A stretch of DNA of 64,000 bases, from assembly GCF_036321535.1 (NCBI RefSeq), contig NC_087436.1:33606001-33670000 (forward strand). Reading direction: 5' to 3'. Made by a program: the position numbers and the translations under genes. Under the pieces are notes generated by a model that saw only the letters and a program-made list of their open reading frames with translations, was not told the DNA's origin and searched no databases. The DNA comes from Camelus dromedarius. Lineage: Eukaryota. Shown here one piece after another: positions 23,905-38,947 of this stretch. How positions within the stretch are numbered: position 1 is the first letter of the stretch; each line of letters opens with the position of its first letter.

Positions 23905-25429
23905 GTTAGCAATAGTATTGGAAAATATACTTGAATACTTACAGAAAGTGAAGTGGATAACACGACAAGAGGGCTGTTACTGCACACATGCTTTGGAATT
24001 GATAAAGAGGTTAATAACATAGATTTTGTGTTCTAATTTGGGAGGAAGATGCCAAGATGCAGGTTGGTCCTGGCAACTGAGCTAATTTGGGATATTAAGT
24101 ATGTTACCTACTAAGGTTTTGGTGTGCACAGATACTCAGGGAAAAACACAAGCTAAAAAGCTGTATACTGGGGAGGGAGGTTGCCGATGAACCCAGTCAA
24201 CATAGATCTGTTTCACTTAATAGCTCATAATTGCCTAGGTAGGGAATTGGTGTGAGGTGACTAACAAGTAAATCATACATAAATGAGTATTTGCCATAAA
24301 AATCAAGCAAATTGTATAAGGTATAGAATGGAGAAGAATTAAGTCATATATGAGTGTGTTCCCTGGTAAAAAGATTTATATTCTATGAAGTAGTCTATGG
24401 ATGTTTCTTTGGCAAAAGTCAACTTCCTTGAAAGAGCAGTTATATCAGAGACAAATGTATGTAAAATTTACAAGTTTATAGATAGAAATATAAAAAAGAC
24501 TGTGGTTTAAAGTATTGGAATTCCTAGCAAGGAGAAAACCAGCTGAGAGGAGAGAAGTTTATCATTTTTCAAGGAAAAAAATAGAAAATAACTCACTGTT
24601 CTTTGCAAATACAATCACAGAAGCTCACATGTTATTCTCCATTCTCTTCCTATCAATCATGTGTGAAAAGAAATATGTAGGGAAAAAAAAATTTAAGAGC
24701 AGGAAAACAAAGTACAGTTGTTTCATTTCATCTGGGAATGTTTTTCTACAAGTGAGTTGAGTGAAAGAGAAGGTAAAAGAGTAAAGAAAAATTCTATAGT
24801 AGGAAATCAAATACTTTTGTGTCCTGCAGCTGATTTATAGTCTTATTTTTTAAAAAATTGTAGTTTTTCTACTAAAAGATGAATAATAATCTTCATCTGA
24901 ATTTAAGTAAGAAGGAATGAAGGCAAGTATTTACATACAAGTACAAAATAGAGTAAAAGGAAATTTACATGTATCAATGTTTTATGTAATATGCTATTTT
25001 ATTGTGCTGTAAAACTATTGTGTCATTATTATACTTAGCTTCCAAAAATATGTTTTACTTAAAGGGGACAATTTTAACACAGTGACTTTGCAAGAACAAT
25101 TTTTCAGTTATTAGAAATTTCTAGAAAACCCTGAAGAGACTTTAAAGTGAAAGGGAGAGGAATGGCCAAGCAGACATTCACATTTATTAAGGGATAGTGC
25201 ATCTACAGGATGCTAATCTCAATGTTTACTCCATGAATAGTGAACTATTAAAGACTCATTTTGCTAAATCCTGCAAGGAGTAGTAAAAATCAGCCCTCAA
25301 TATGGTAGACTTAAAAAAAAGTTATAGTATATCAAATGCAGAGCTTATAATATATCTGGGTTTCTTTAAAGCATTTATTAAGGTATTTAATAATAACATT
25401 GTAGATGGACTTAATGGAGAAATAGTATG

Positions 25430-25800
25430 CTTCTTAAGATGTTTGATAGCCTGGGGTAATGGAACAAATGTTACAAGATAAAACTGAATTTTGGTTTAAA
25501 AAACCCCAAATCTTTTTAAGAGAGGAGAGAATGACAGACACATGAGCAGATGTTGATTTAGTAACAACATATAGAAGTTTTAGTTTACAATAAACTTAAT
25601 ATGAATAAGCTGTATGATACAGTGGTAGAATTCTAGCTTAGAGAATAGGAAAGATGATATTCTTGTCCTACCTTTCATTTGTCAGAACACATTCAAATGC
25701 TGGATTCTGTTCTGGGCACTATACTTTTAAGAGGGAGAGAAACACACTGGAGAATATTCCAGTGTTAGAAATCTAGATGTAATGAGAGTAGTTTGGACAA
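25430..25800 (+). mobile_element. CR1/L3 LINE fragment
   Basis: gtcagaacacattcaaatgctggattctgttctgggcactatacttttaagaggga...aacacactggagaatattccag, the CR1 conserved 3' RT region. Confidence 0.65.
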
Positions 25801-25844
25801 AACTGTAACAGAGGAAACCATAGTCAGAAACTATAAGATGGTAA

Positions 25845-26522
25845 CTTTGGGCTACATATATAGAATACTTCAAAATGATAGAATCAAAACAGGATGGTAC
25901 TGGCTCAAAACAGATACATAGATCAATGGAACAGAATAGACAGTCCATAAATAAACTCACATGTTTTGGTCAAGTAATCTGTAACAAAGTAGGCAAGAAC
26001 ATATGATGAAGAAAGGGATGAAGAAAGGACAGTCTCTTCATTAAATGATGTTGAGAAAGCTGGACAGCTGCATGCAAAAGAATGAAACTAGATGTCTCTT
26101 ACACCATATACAAAAATAACTCAAAATGGATTAAAGACTTAAATGTAAGCCCTGAAACCATAAAACTCCTGGAAGAAAACTGAGGCAGTCAGTTCTTTGA
26201 CATCTTAGCAATATTCTTTGGATCACAGGCAAGGGCAACAAAAGCAAAAATAAAGAAATATGACTACATCAAACTAAAAACAAAACAAAACAAAACAAAA
26301 AACAAAACCCTTTTGCATAGTGAAGGAAAACATCAACAAAATGAAAAGGTAGCCTATTGGATGGGAGAAGATATTTGGAAATGAAAAGATCTGTAAAGGT
26401 TACCATTCAAAATACATAAAGAACTTATACAATTCAATTTCAAAAAACAAATTCCAATAGAAAAATGGGCAGAGGATCTGAACAGACAGTTTTCCAAAGA
26501 AGATGTATAAATGGCCAACAGG
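25845..26522 (+). mobile_element. internal L1 ORF2 fragment, no 3'UTR or poly(A)
   Basis: aatcaaaacaggatggtactggc...gatcaatggaacagaataga...atggccaacagg; homologous to about 10980-11600. Confidence 0.9.
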
Positions 26523-28784
26523 CTGATTTGTCTGTTGAAGAGGAAAACGCTCCAACTGACTGAAACAGAGACCCTTTTCTTTTTAATTTAGCAAAGTTAA
26601 AGAGACCAATTACATAGCCTCCAGAGTTGTTTGTTTAGTTTTGTTAGACACAGACAGGAAAAGCTCCTGATGGTGGAAAGAGTCTGAATTAAGTTTAAAA
26701 CACAACAATAACTTATAACTAGCTGAATAAAGCTAGACTTTTGGAAAGAGATGACAGCTATACATCATTTTAATTATATCTTGATTTGATATTAATTGTA
26801 TGTGACAGAGAATCCTTTGATATCACTAGTGTTTTTTTACATGGGGTGGGCTCCATATGTGAACAAAGGTAGTGCTAAGTCCCCCATGAATTGCAAATCT
26901 CTAACTTGAGCTAATTAATACTAAGCTTTGAGAATGTTCATCCCTAAGTTGCTTCCCTTCCTTCTGTCTGCAGATATAGGAACCATAGTCTTAGTGGCTA
27001 AGGAGAAAATGATGAAGGAAAAGCAAATGTGTTTTAAAAGAAGTAAATATTACAGAAACAGAGAACATCAGTAGATGTTCGTGGAGAAGAAGAACCTATT
27101 AAGAATAATAGCTGGAAAACTATATCCATATAGATGCAGTGTTAATTTTCATTCACCACACTGAAAGTGTAATTCTGAAGTTGTACCCCCATCTTTACGT
27201 TCTGTAAATCATCAGTGTTTTACACAGGCGCATTTTCTTAACTGTTATCCCATTCCACAAGGAATACCAGAGGCTGCACAGTTTCTTCTCTGGTGCATTT
27301 TAGATTTAGAACTTTAAAAAATTAATTTAAGACTACCACTCTTTAGAACAAGATTGTATTTCTATTTGTTTTCAGATATAAGAATAGTAACAATAACTAC
27401 AAATGCATCAACAATGGTAACAGAAAGAATAATATATTGTCCGTGTTATTTTTTCTTTGTAATACATCCCTTTGTAAAATTTACTGTTTTGTATCTTTAG
27501 CATCTTTTTGTCTTTTATATATATATATAAATATTAATAGTAGTATTTTGAGTATCCTAAGATGTTAAAAAATGAAAATGCATATTATGAAAGACAACTT
27601 TTCTTACAGTCATATTCATATAGAAGATACTAAACCCAGATACAGTGTTTCCCCACAACTGGCTAGTCATCTGAAGGTTATCAAGAGCCATGAAGTTCAA
27701 GTAACTCAGTTGCCAGACCTCTGCTGGAAGTGACTGAAGACATTTTTCTAATTGCTGAAAAGTGGTACTTTCAATTGACTATATATGTACTGATGGACAC
27801 ATTTCATATTATCCAGAGAACTTGTTTTCAATTCTGAATTAGCATAACCACCATGAAACTCCCTTCCCATTTCTGGCACTTAAAAACCTTTGATTATTTT
27901 GCCTTAAAGAATTTCTTCTTTGTCAGTGTTCCCTCGACTGCCAGGTTAACAGACTCAAGATGGACAGATTTATTGTTTGTCTGTATTCTGGTGATTTTCA
28001 TTTTTTAAAATAATATATTGCAAAAATTTTTTTATGTTGAAATAGAAATGATATGTAGAATACTATTAAAAATTTATGTATTAAATCATAATGATTTCTG
28101 TATATTTCTACCTCTTTTATACTTAACTGTACATCATATTTCATATGTGCCAATGTAATCTGTTTTGGATTATGAAGAAAATGATTGAAGTTCACCTGGA
28201 TTTGGAACATTTCCAAATGTTTGAGTCATTGTGCAATCTTACACATTATTTTTTTTTTCCTGCAGTTTTAAGAGAGGGCAACCAAAAACATTAAGATTCT
28301 TTAAATAATAAACATTTAGTTGGAAATAGACATTATTTCACTCTCTCCAGAAATCACCACTCAGAGTAAATTGGAAGCAGCAAGTACTTTAGCTGTGGGA
28401 CACAGAGGTATAACGTGAAACATACAGATAATGAGTTACTATTTTGTTAAATGCATGTCCGAGCACACTTAACTATGATTGTTTTCATAGAGAAATAACA
28501 CTAAGGATGAATTATAAGTTTTTCTGTCATACAGATACGACAAATACACATGATAAAGCAACAGAAGTCAAAATTATACTCAACAAGCATGTCTATACAT
28601 AAATGACATTTGGTAAATAAAATCTTTTTAAACTGGCTCAAGGTGAGTTAACTCTATGTAATAGAAATGTGAATAAAATGTCTCTAACACTTAGCCAGTA
28701 GGAAATTTATGTTTGGTAAAATCTACTTACAGCACTACACACAGTAGCCAGCACACTGGAAGTCTTCAGCTATACTTGTGTTTC

Positions 28785-28827
28785 CGGGGGGGGGGGTGGG
28801 GTGGGGTGTGCGTGTGTGTGTGTGTGT
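28785..28827. repeat. poly-G / (GGGGT)n / (TG)n simple repeat
   Basis: gggggggggggtggggtggggtgtgcgtgtgtgtgtgtgtgt. Confidence 0.85.
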
Positions 28828-30559
28828 CTCCTCTCAAAACACTGAGAGTGGTATTTTGGGCAGAGTATTGCCCACTCTTTAATATTTCTGTGCTTCTCCT
28901 TGTGTCTATACATATCATACATTTTATCTTAACAAAGGTGCAAAAGAGAAGGTACAGTTGATCTGAAAAAAAGAGAGAAGGCTGTGGGAAGAACAGAAGA
29001 GAAAAAGTGCTAAGTGATTTTCATCTGAGATGGAAGCATGCCCCCATCTGCTGACCAGATTCTGTGCCCCTGGATAGGTTCTCTTTATTGGGATCAATCC
29101 CAGAAACATCAGCCAAAGTAGCTGACGATGAGAGCAAGGGAAGGTGGTGAGGGCTCAGGGGGCTTGCTTTTTTTTTGGGGGGGGGGGCTGATGTCTGTTC
29201 TTTGAATTCCAGATCAGTGAGAATGTCTGGAAAACAGATTCCATCTGGTTACATGACTACATGAAGAAGGGGAGGCTGTCACTGTGTACAGAATGGTGAA
29301 TCAGATCTAAACAAAACCCAGAATTAAGGGAAGTAAACTTTGGAGAGAAATTTCAGCTCCAGAGTAAATGCCAACAAGTGGGGTTAAGCTTCCAGCAGGA
29401 AGTAAGGGACACCAAAAGGGGAACCTGCCAGCAATGAATTCCAGCTGGAATACCGGGAAGTTTCAGATGCGCGAGGCCCTGTGCCACAGGTGCTTTACTT
29501 CTCTAGTTATCATTAGTTAGCTGGACGGTCTGGGTGAAACCATTTGTTGCATGGACTTCTTGAAGGTTCAGTTAAGGACTTGGCCAAACCTTGGTAATTC
29601 ATTCAATTCCATGCACAGTCTCCTCCTTGAGTGTTTCCAAATTAGTTAACTTTATTCTTTTGTTGAGACAGTCACTAAATTACTGGTTCATACTGTGTCA
29701 ATCTGGTAAGCAATTTTTTTTTTAAAAAGCAAAATTTCAGAAGATTATTGGGTTATAATTGCAATTTCTTTAAAATTAAAGCTCACATTATTTTGTAGGC
29801 GTTTATTTATACATAGTTTGCATAATCTAAACACTTAAAAACAAAACAGGACCAGTCTGGACACAGATCAGCTCTAACAAACAAACAAAAAACAAGCCTT
29901 TAAATTTAGACTTTGTGTTCCCTATAAAAATATGCTACTTACCATCCATCACCAAAATCACAGAAAACAAGATACATTACTCATCTGTTCCATTTGAGTG
30001 AACACATGAGAGATTAAGACTTCCAGACTAGGATTGAGAAGGACTGAATATGAGACAGTGATTTAATACTTAATATGTGATTGATCTGGACAAAATCAGC
30101 TAACCTCCTATGGAGTGAATCTTTATCTGCCAATTATTATCTCCAGCCTACTTCCTACCTAAGATTTTATGATTTAACACTAATCTCTATTTTAGAGTTC
30201 TTTCTTCAAACTGAACTGTGGCTGAATATAACAGCTGATATACTATATATAGTCTGAATGACGGTTAATTTCCTTGGTGGAGACATCAAAACAAATAGCA
30301 GATTATCCCATTTCCTAAATAGTAACAGTTTATCAATGTGCTAGACTGGTTATTGTATAGCCCTTAAAATATTAAAGGTGTTTTCTCCATCTATAACTCT
30401 GATGAAGATAGACATCCTTACTTTTAAAATCAATATTAGGACCAGGAAGGCATAGTGGAGTAAATTGTCACAGTGTGCCATTTGACAAAATTCCATTTTA
30501 ACCTGTGGTGACATAGACACACACATGCATGTGGAATGTGTGCATATACTGGAGTAAAC

Positions 30560-30865
30560 TCGTGTTAAGTCATGGGCTGCAGCAAGATGAACTATCAGGG
30601 TCCAAATCTGGAAACCAGATTTACCAGGTGGAATGTAACAGATGGGGCTAACAGTAGGACGACAAATACCAATTTGCCTTTTTGTGTAGACCAAGGGGCT
30701 GTGGTCACACTCAGGGAGAAATCTAAGCCAGGGTCCAGGGTCTCAGATCAAATAAAACAGGAAATAAAAACTGTGTAGACAAAGTCAAACTGAAATGAAC
30801 ACAAAGAGAAAGTCAGTTTGAGTTCTAAGGCAAGAAGCAAGATCAAAAGCAGCAAACAGAATGAT
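30560..30865. mobile_element. possible ancient LTR remnant
   Basis: Composition and motifs (tcagggtccaaatctggaaaccag; ccagggtccagggtc) are reminiscent of 19217-19660; family not identified. Confidence 0.25.
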
Positions 30866-31267
30866 GACTGTTATGAGAAGGAATTAGTATCTCTGTGTGC
30901 ATTGCTGAAGATCACATTCTAAAATATTTAGTTTTTTCCATGAAAACTTTATATTGGCAGGCATGCTCTACTTCCCAGCGTAAAACAGGGCTCTTGGTGT
31001 TTATAGCCAATGAGTCCAGCTTAAACTGAAAATATTCAAGGAGAAATCTTGCATTATCTTAAAAATGTGTGCATGAGTCCATCTGCACATTATGCACTTT
31101 CAACTCATTGTATAACAAGGTGCAAAATAATAGATAATGCAAGTTGTAAAAATTATGAGTCACTAGGTATTCATTTGGTCATATACTAAGGACTTTCTTC
31201 ATACATGACACCTGTTGAGATCCCCACATTGATGGCACAATTCAGCAAATGTTGCTGTCCTTGTCCA

Positions 31268-31382
31268 AGAGAAGAAATGGAGATTTGGGGAAGATAAGCA
31301 GACTTCCCAAGTCTTTAATGCAAGAAGCTGTCAAGTCAGGATTCAGATTCAAGTCTGAGTGATTCCACAGTCCTTTGTTGTT
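31268..31382 (-). mobile_element. MIR SINE fragment, interrupted by an L1 and continuing at about 33107-33135
   Basis: agaagaaatggagatttggggaagataagcagacttcccaag...caggattcagattcaagtctgagtgattcca. Confidence 0.65.
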
Positions 31383-33106
<1,724 letters not shown>

Positions 33107-34280
33107 TCCTTTGTTCTTAGTCTCAACACTAGGCTCTAGGTTAGACTTGGCTAACGTTACTTTACTCAAATGTTCTCAAATATTGTGTTAAATCATTTAA
33201 TACAGCAGCTAACAAATCATGAATTTAGGTGATGTGAATTTTACTTTATTTTGCTTATATTCTAATAAAGGTGCAACAGGCAGAAAAAAAAGGGGAGAAA
33301 AACCAAGAACTCAAAGAAAGAGCACAAAAGAGGATTTTGTACAATCAGTGCTTAGAGAGTAAGATAAAATATGCTGAAGCAAGAGAGATGCAGTGAAGAG
33401 GAAACATCCCCTCTTTTTCTACATCTCCTTTTTCCTCATTCCTTTTCTCCATTCAGAATCTCCGATTTATTCCTTATGATGATATAAAATTCAGCATTTA
33501 TATAGTTAAATTTTGAAAGGGAACAAAATTCTACATGATAGATGAGGCCTTTTGAATTAGATTCAGTTCTACCCTGCTTTGGTAAAACTGAGTTGTGAAA
33601 AGAACAGCTCCCCCACCCAGTTTCCCTAATTTTAGGGGAAATGTATGATATGTGTAGGTCTAGAAGCCAAGGAAAACTATCTTTATGACATATTTCTTAA
33701 ATTTATATAACTTATATGCAATTTTTCCCTCTATCACTCTTACAACCTGACAGTCAGTTTACTGACAGTAAATGTTTTTAATTCATAAAATAGAACATCA
33801 GGTTTCAGAGGAAGATTATAATGAAATTAGGAGAAACAGAAAACTATAAATTGCTTTCCCTCATTTACACTCAGTCCTGGTTAAACACTATAGATATAAA
33901 AGCCATCAGTAAGAAATTTATGTTTACCTGTAAACTACACACGTGTGACAATTTCACACTTTGAACTGCTTCATCTGTGTATTTTGGAGACCACAGAAAG
34001 CCTCCATCTATACTGTGGACTAGGCTAGAAAGAGTTAACTCAAATACTGCCTGATTTGACCTCCCTTGTCCTTCCTTTAATTCATTTGGTTAATGGTGCC
34101 AGGTATGAATACTCAAGGTCACCATCGTGACTAAGAATCATTGTTTGGATAAGGACACCATTGTTGTTTTAAAAGGAATGTTCCTGAGTAAACAGGGAAA
34201 CATATTATTAAACTGTGTAATTAAAGTTTGTTCTCATACAAATTCCAAAGGTGCATAATAAACCACCAATTCTGTATTTA

Positions 34281-34382
34281 CTCCTGCACTAGATTACAGG
34301 TTTACAGAGCACAAGAATCATAGCAACCACTTCCTCAGTGCTTTACAGACAAGTACTCAATAAATACTTTGACAATAAATGT
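34281..34382 (+). mobile_element. LINE-2 3' end
   Basis: cactagattacaggtttacagagcacaagaatca...cctcagtgctttacagacaagtactcaataaatactttgac. Confidence 0.65.
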
Positions 34383-34610
34383 TACAGTATTTGTTTCTAT
34401 TTATTTCTCTCTTCTCCAGTGAGAACTAGAAGATTTTATGCATCTGAAATCAAGTCAACTGATAATAAAATAACCAGATAATTTGTTGCAGTAACACAGT
34501 ATTATTCACATGAAAATTACAGGTTTGTCTTACAAGGCGTATAAAATGTAAGAACATCACTTTGGTAGGTTATGGTTCTGTGAGAGGTTTTTCTTTTGTT
34601 GGTGTACCAT

Positions 34611-34770
34611 CTATTCTTTCCCATATATTTGTAGAGAGCCTTCTGTCTGTAAAACACTGTGCTAATCCTGAGAACAAAATATAAATAATGTGCAAATGGG
34701 TAAGAGCAAATCTAAAACAAGAGAGTTTGGATTGACAGCAAGACTTAGGGGGTACAGAGGAGCCCCAAAT
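34611..34770 (-). mobile_element. LINE-2 3' end
   Basis: atatttgtagagagccttctgtctgtaaaacactgtgctaatcctgagaacaaaat. Confidence 0.55.
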
Positions 34771-37314
34771 GAACCAACTTTAGTTCTTCTGAATTAAATT
34801 TAAGGGAGATTATAACAACTACCCAATTTTAATCTGTTAAAAAAATTATGCCTGTTTACCTAATTTTAAATAAGACTAAGAATTTATATTCAAGGTTAGA
34901 GTAGAAATAACTATATTCAAGATAATCTTTTTCCTCACCAGATAATGTTACAAAAATTTTTGTATGAGGATATGAAAAAGAACAGTTCAAGATGTTTTGA
35001 ACTTGCTTATTCCTCTTAACTATCTGTTAGCTAAGCTTTAAAATGTATTTCAGAAGAGTTGGAAATGAAGATTAATACTCAAGAAAACCAGATGCAAAAC
35101 AAATTAAACTGTGAGACCCTGGTACTATGAAGAACCCTAAGTAGACTCCATGAGTATAACTTTTTGTTTTAAAATTACAATAGCGATAATGATCTGAGCA
35201 TAAGCACACCAATACCAGTTCTCCTTTCTACTCAAAAGCACAGTAAATGATAGAAAAGACCTTTTTAGAATAAGTAACTCCATTGATAGCAAGAATTATT
35301 ACTGAGAAAGAAAAAGAAAGAGACAAAGAGAAAGGGAGAGGCAGACAGAAAATCAGATCTGTAGGTTAAAGAACCAGATAAAACCACAGCCAAGCAGAAA
35401 CAGAGGAGCTGGAGCACCAATCGGGTGGGTGGTGGTTTGGGGCTGGCACTTGGATCAACTAGGGTTCTCTGCCATCCTCCTGCCTCTGTCTCTATAAAGT
35501 AGGCTCAACAAGCTCACAGGCTGAAGCTGAAAGTTCAAGTTCTACTTTGGATGCTGAAGAAGCAAAACAGTGTCCAAGATAGGTAGTTAGACTCAAGTGT
35601 AGTGGGACACTTTGGAACCACCATAGCCAAGTCTCTCCTTTCCTCAGTCACTTCCTCAGGGGCCAATAATAAACACAATAGAAAGATGAATGGGATTTGT
35701 AGACAAAAATGCATCACAGAACATTTGAGAAAACTATTTCCTTTAAAGAGGCAGAAAGCCACAAAATGGTGCAGGTAACACATTAGGAAAAAAAAAATTA
35801 CAGTCAGTAGCTTACTAAGACTTGGTCATTTTTGCCTGTTCCCTCTTTAGTTGTAATGATTAAATATCTAACTCCAAGAACAATTCTTAGTTTTTTTCTT
35901 TCATGTCTATTATGTAACTAACATTTACTTTCTTCAAGTGACTCTCTGCTAATGCTTAAAACATACACATATACTTAACTGTTAATACGTATATTTACCA
36001 CATCAAAAAATGTGTCTCAACATAAGGAAAACATATTTCCTTCAAGAACAGTTACTTGTAATCACAATTTATACACACAGCTGTCAGTTCTCCTATACTT
36101 CTAGGGCATTAACTTTGTTAAAATCAAAAAATAAAATAAAATATAAAGTAAAATAAAATAAATCTATGAATACCTACTAGGATGTATACTTTTACGAAAA
36201 GAAGGCAAAGAATCTCTAGTAACAATTTTAAGACAAATGTTGCCATTAATATTATTTCAAAGACTCTTTATCTGTTACTTCTCTTTTATTCTATTCTACA
36301 TAAATTCTAAATGCTTTTTCTCTTATTCAAACTACTCATTACCAGAGCATTCAGTACTCAGCTCTTGCAAAAGGGAGTCTTTTAACATAGTCCATTACAT
36401 TTGAATATAAATATCTTAACATTCAAGGATGGTTTTTATGGATAAAAGTTAAATCATAGTAAAGAGTAAGAGTCAGTCTTAAACACTGACATTTTAGTAA
36501 GCAGGAGATAATCGCCTCTGAAAGGTATGAAACCCTCAAAATTCATGTTGTCAATGAATGTTTTAAATAATTTAATACTCCACTAGGAAACCTGATTCTA
36601 ACGTTCCCTTTCACTTAAAAATAAGTTTAAATTATAGCTGCCAATTTTCAAAATGTTCTGCCCCTTTAAAGCTCAATTATATGTTATTTTAAGGTTTCTT
36701 AAATGTATTTTAAGGTTTCTATAACTATACACTATAGTGACAAACTGGGTGATTTTCATGACCTTTACAAATAAAGCTGGTTGACCAATAGGCACAACTG
36801 ATCATGTGATCAAATCAGTCTAGACTGATGAGTATGACAGCTGCCGTGATGTGAACAAAAGCTATGGAAACATCTATGCTTAGCATCTCAAAGATCCCAC
36901 TTTATAACTTGTCATTCTCAAGAGGTAAATAACACAGGCTGTTTCTTCCATATTTTTATTGCAGACAGAAGTCCAAGTAGGAAATTAAATTTAGATTCTT
37001 TAAGTGATGAATTGTGTAAACATTTATTACATTTTCATCTGAGTAAGACAGCTAAGCTGACCTATTTTTACAGGGATCATATAAAAGAACATAAGGCAAT
37101 AATCGTGCATGGATCCAAAGGCTCCATCTGTCTTCATGATCTCTTTTTCCATTGGCTTCATGTGGAACTTACTGGTTGCTAGGGTTGGTAATGCATATTG
37201 AAACTTGATTCAAGTTGTAGATGAAATAGCAAGGACTTTTTAGTCCTCACAAACTCGACTCATATAAGACTTCACAAGCTTTTCCACAGATGATTAATGC
37301 CACTCGCTTTGCCC

Positions 37315-37545
37315 GGGTGGCAGTGTGCTTTCAGAGCTGCTCTTTATACTGTGACTTGGATTTAAATACATCCTAGCTATGCGACCTTGGGCAGCGAACT
37401 CACTTCACTGAGCCAGGGCTTTGCGGTCTGTAAAATGATGGTCCTATTTACCCTCACGGTGCTTTTGTGAGAATGAAAAAGATAATGACTGCAAGGCACA
37501 ACCATAGACCTGGACACGGTAGGAACTCAAGACATGTCAGTGTTG
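37315..37545 (+). mobile_element. MIR SINE
   Basis: Core agctatgcgaccttgggcagcgaactcacttcactgagcc...tctgtaaaatg; tail cctggacacggtaggaactcaa. Confidence 0.85.
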
Positions 37546-38947
37546 ACCTCCCCACTCACATCATTATTGCTAAAGCAAACACTGAGCCTCACCATTAATT
37601 CTATGATAAGTGGATTGATTCATATTTTCACTGATTCATGGAGCACAAATATGATCATCATTAGCTTAATGGCAAAATAAAGTCCTGACTTACAAACATG
37701 GACTTGTCCCTCTGTTTTACTGTGGACTACATTAGAAAGCAACTATAATCACTCAGTAAAAGGTTATATTTACAGTATGTTTCCAGTAAAAGAGGTATAG
37801 CAATCGATACATAAATATATTTATTTCCCTCAACTTAAATTCCTTTAAAGATATATTCTGTTACTTTGTTTTGCAGTTTCATTTCCATTGCAGTGTTATG
37901 AACCAAGCCTATCATCTTTTATCTGGGTTTTAATTTCATGCCTAATTGGTTTAACTCATTCCCATTTCTCCTTTAACGTATTTTTAATAATATTTGAGAT
38001 ACATTACTAGGTGTGGTTCGCTCATGCCTCTTCCTTCTTTAAGAGATTAAGGGAGCACACTACTACAGCACCTTTCCCCCTCATTCACTGTGTTGCTCTT
38101 TGCTTTAATGAAAGATAATAAAATAATATCCAAAATATTTAGCTAATTATTTTAAATTCCATTCTCAGCCAGATATTTGACTGTTTCAAAACCTTCCAGT
38201 TTCTAGATACCCCCTCATATTCTGAAGTCAGTAATGTATCTGTATTGAGTTTACAGGAAGAAAAAATACCTAAGTCAGAACAAGTACATTTCTGTAAATA
38301 TTACTAGGGATTGTTCTGGTTGATGAACATCATATCTGCACATCACTTAATTTTTCATTTTACTTAGTTTGGAAATGTTTTCTTTTTCTGTAGTATCATA
38401 TTGATCCTACAGTTTCCCATATCCCCTTACTTGTTAGCAATTATATTCATGGCATGTTCTCTTATCACTAAACTAACAACCCTTTCATTCTGCTTTGCGT
38501 GTATCACTAGATGTTCTTCTGCTCGTTTCTCACTAGAATGTCTTCTTTTAGCACCAGTGCAGTGCCTTAGATGTCACTTTATTTTCACAGTGATTTTCCC
38601 TGGTTATACTCAAATAATACTAATAGAATATATATGTCTCTGATGAAAAAAGCCAATACTGATTTATTTTAATTCAAGGATCTATATCCAAATAAATCAT
38701 TTTTCCTAGGGTCATTTAGATTTTGTAAATCAAGAAATAAATGAATGTACAGCAGAACATACACAGATTCAAGATAGTTAATCAGTTAGTCACATAAATC
38801 TCACTATGAATCTGGTCACTCATCTCTGTGACTATTTTTCTTCTAAATAAGATCTTTTTGTGTCTTAACTATAGGATAGTGTCTGTAATACAAAATGCAT
38901 GATGGTGAGATCTGGTACTTTAAAATCTCCTTTTCTTCATTCAGTGC

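Noticed and set aside
34281..34770. Tail-to-tail L2 ends as a miR-28/151-type hairpin precursor
   Set aside because: The ends are about 230 bp apart and too diverged to form a pre-miRNA stem.
36685..36720. Direct repeat TATTTTAAGGTTTCT x2
   Set aside because: Ordinary short slippage duplication in AT-rich DNA.
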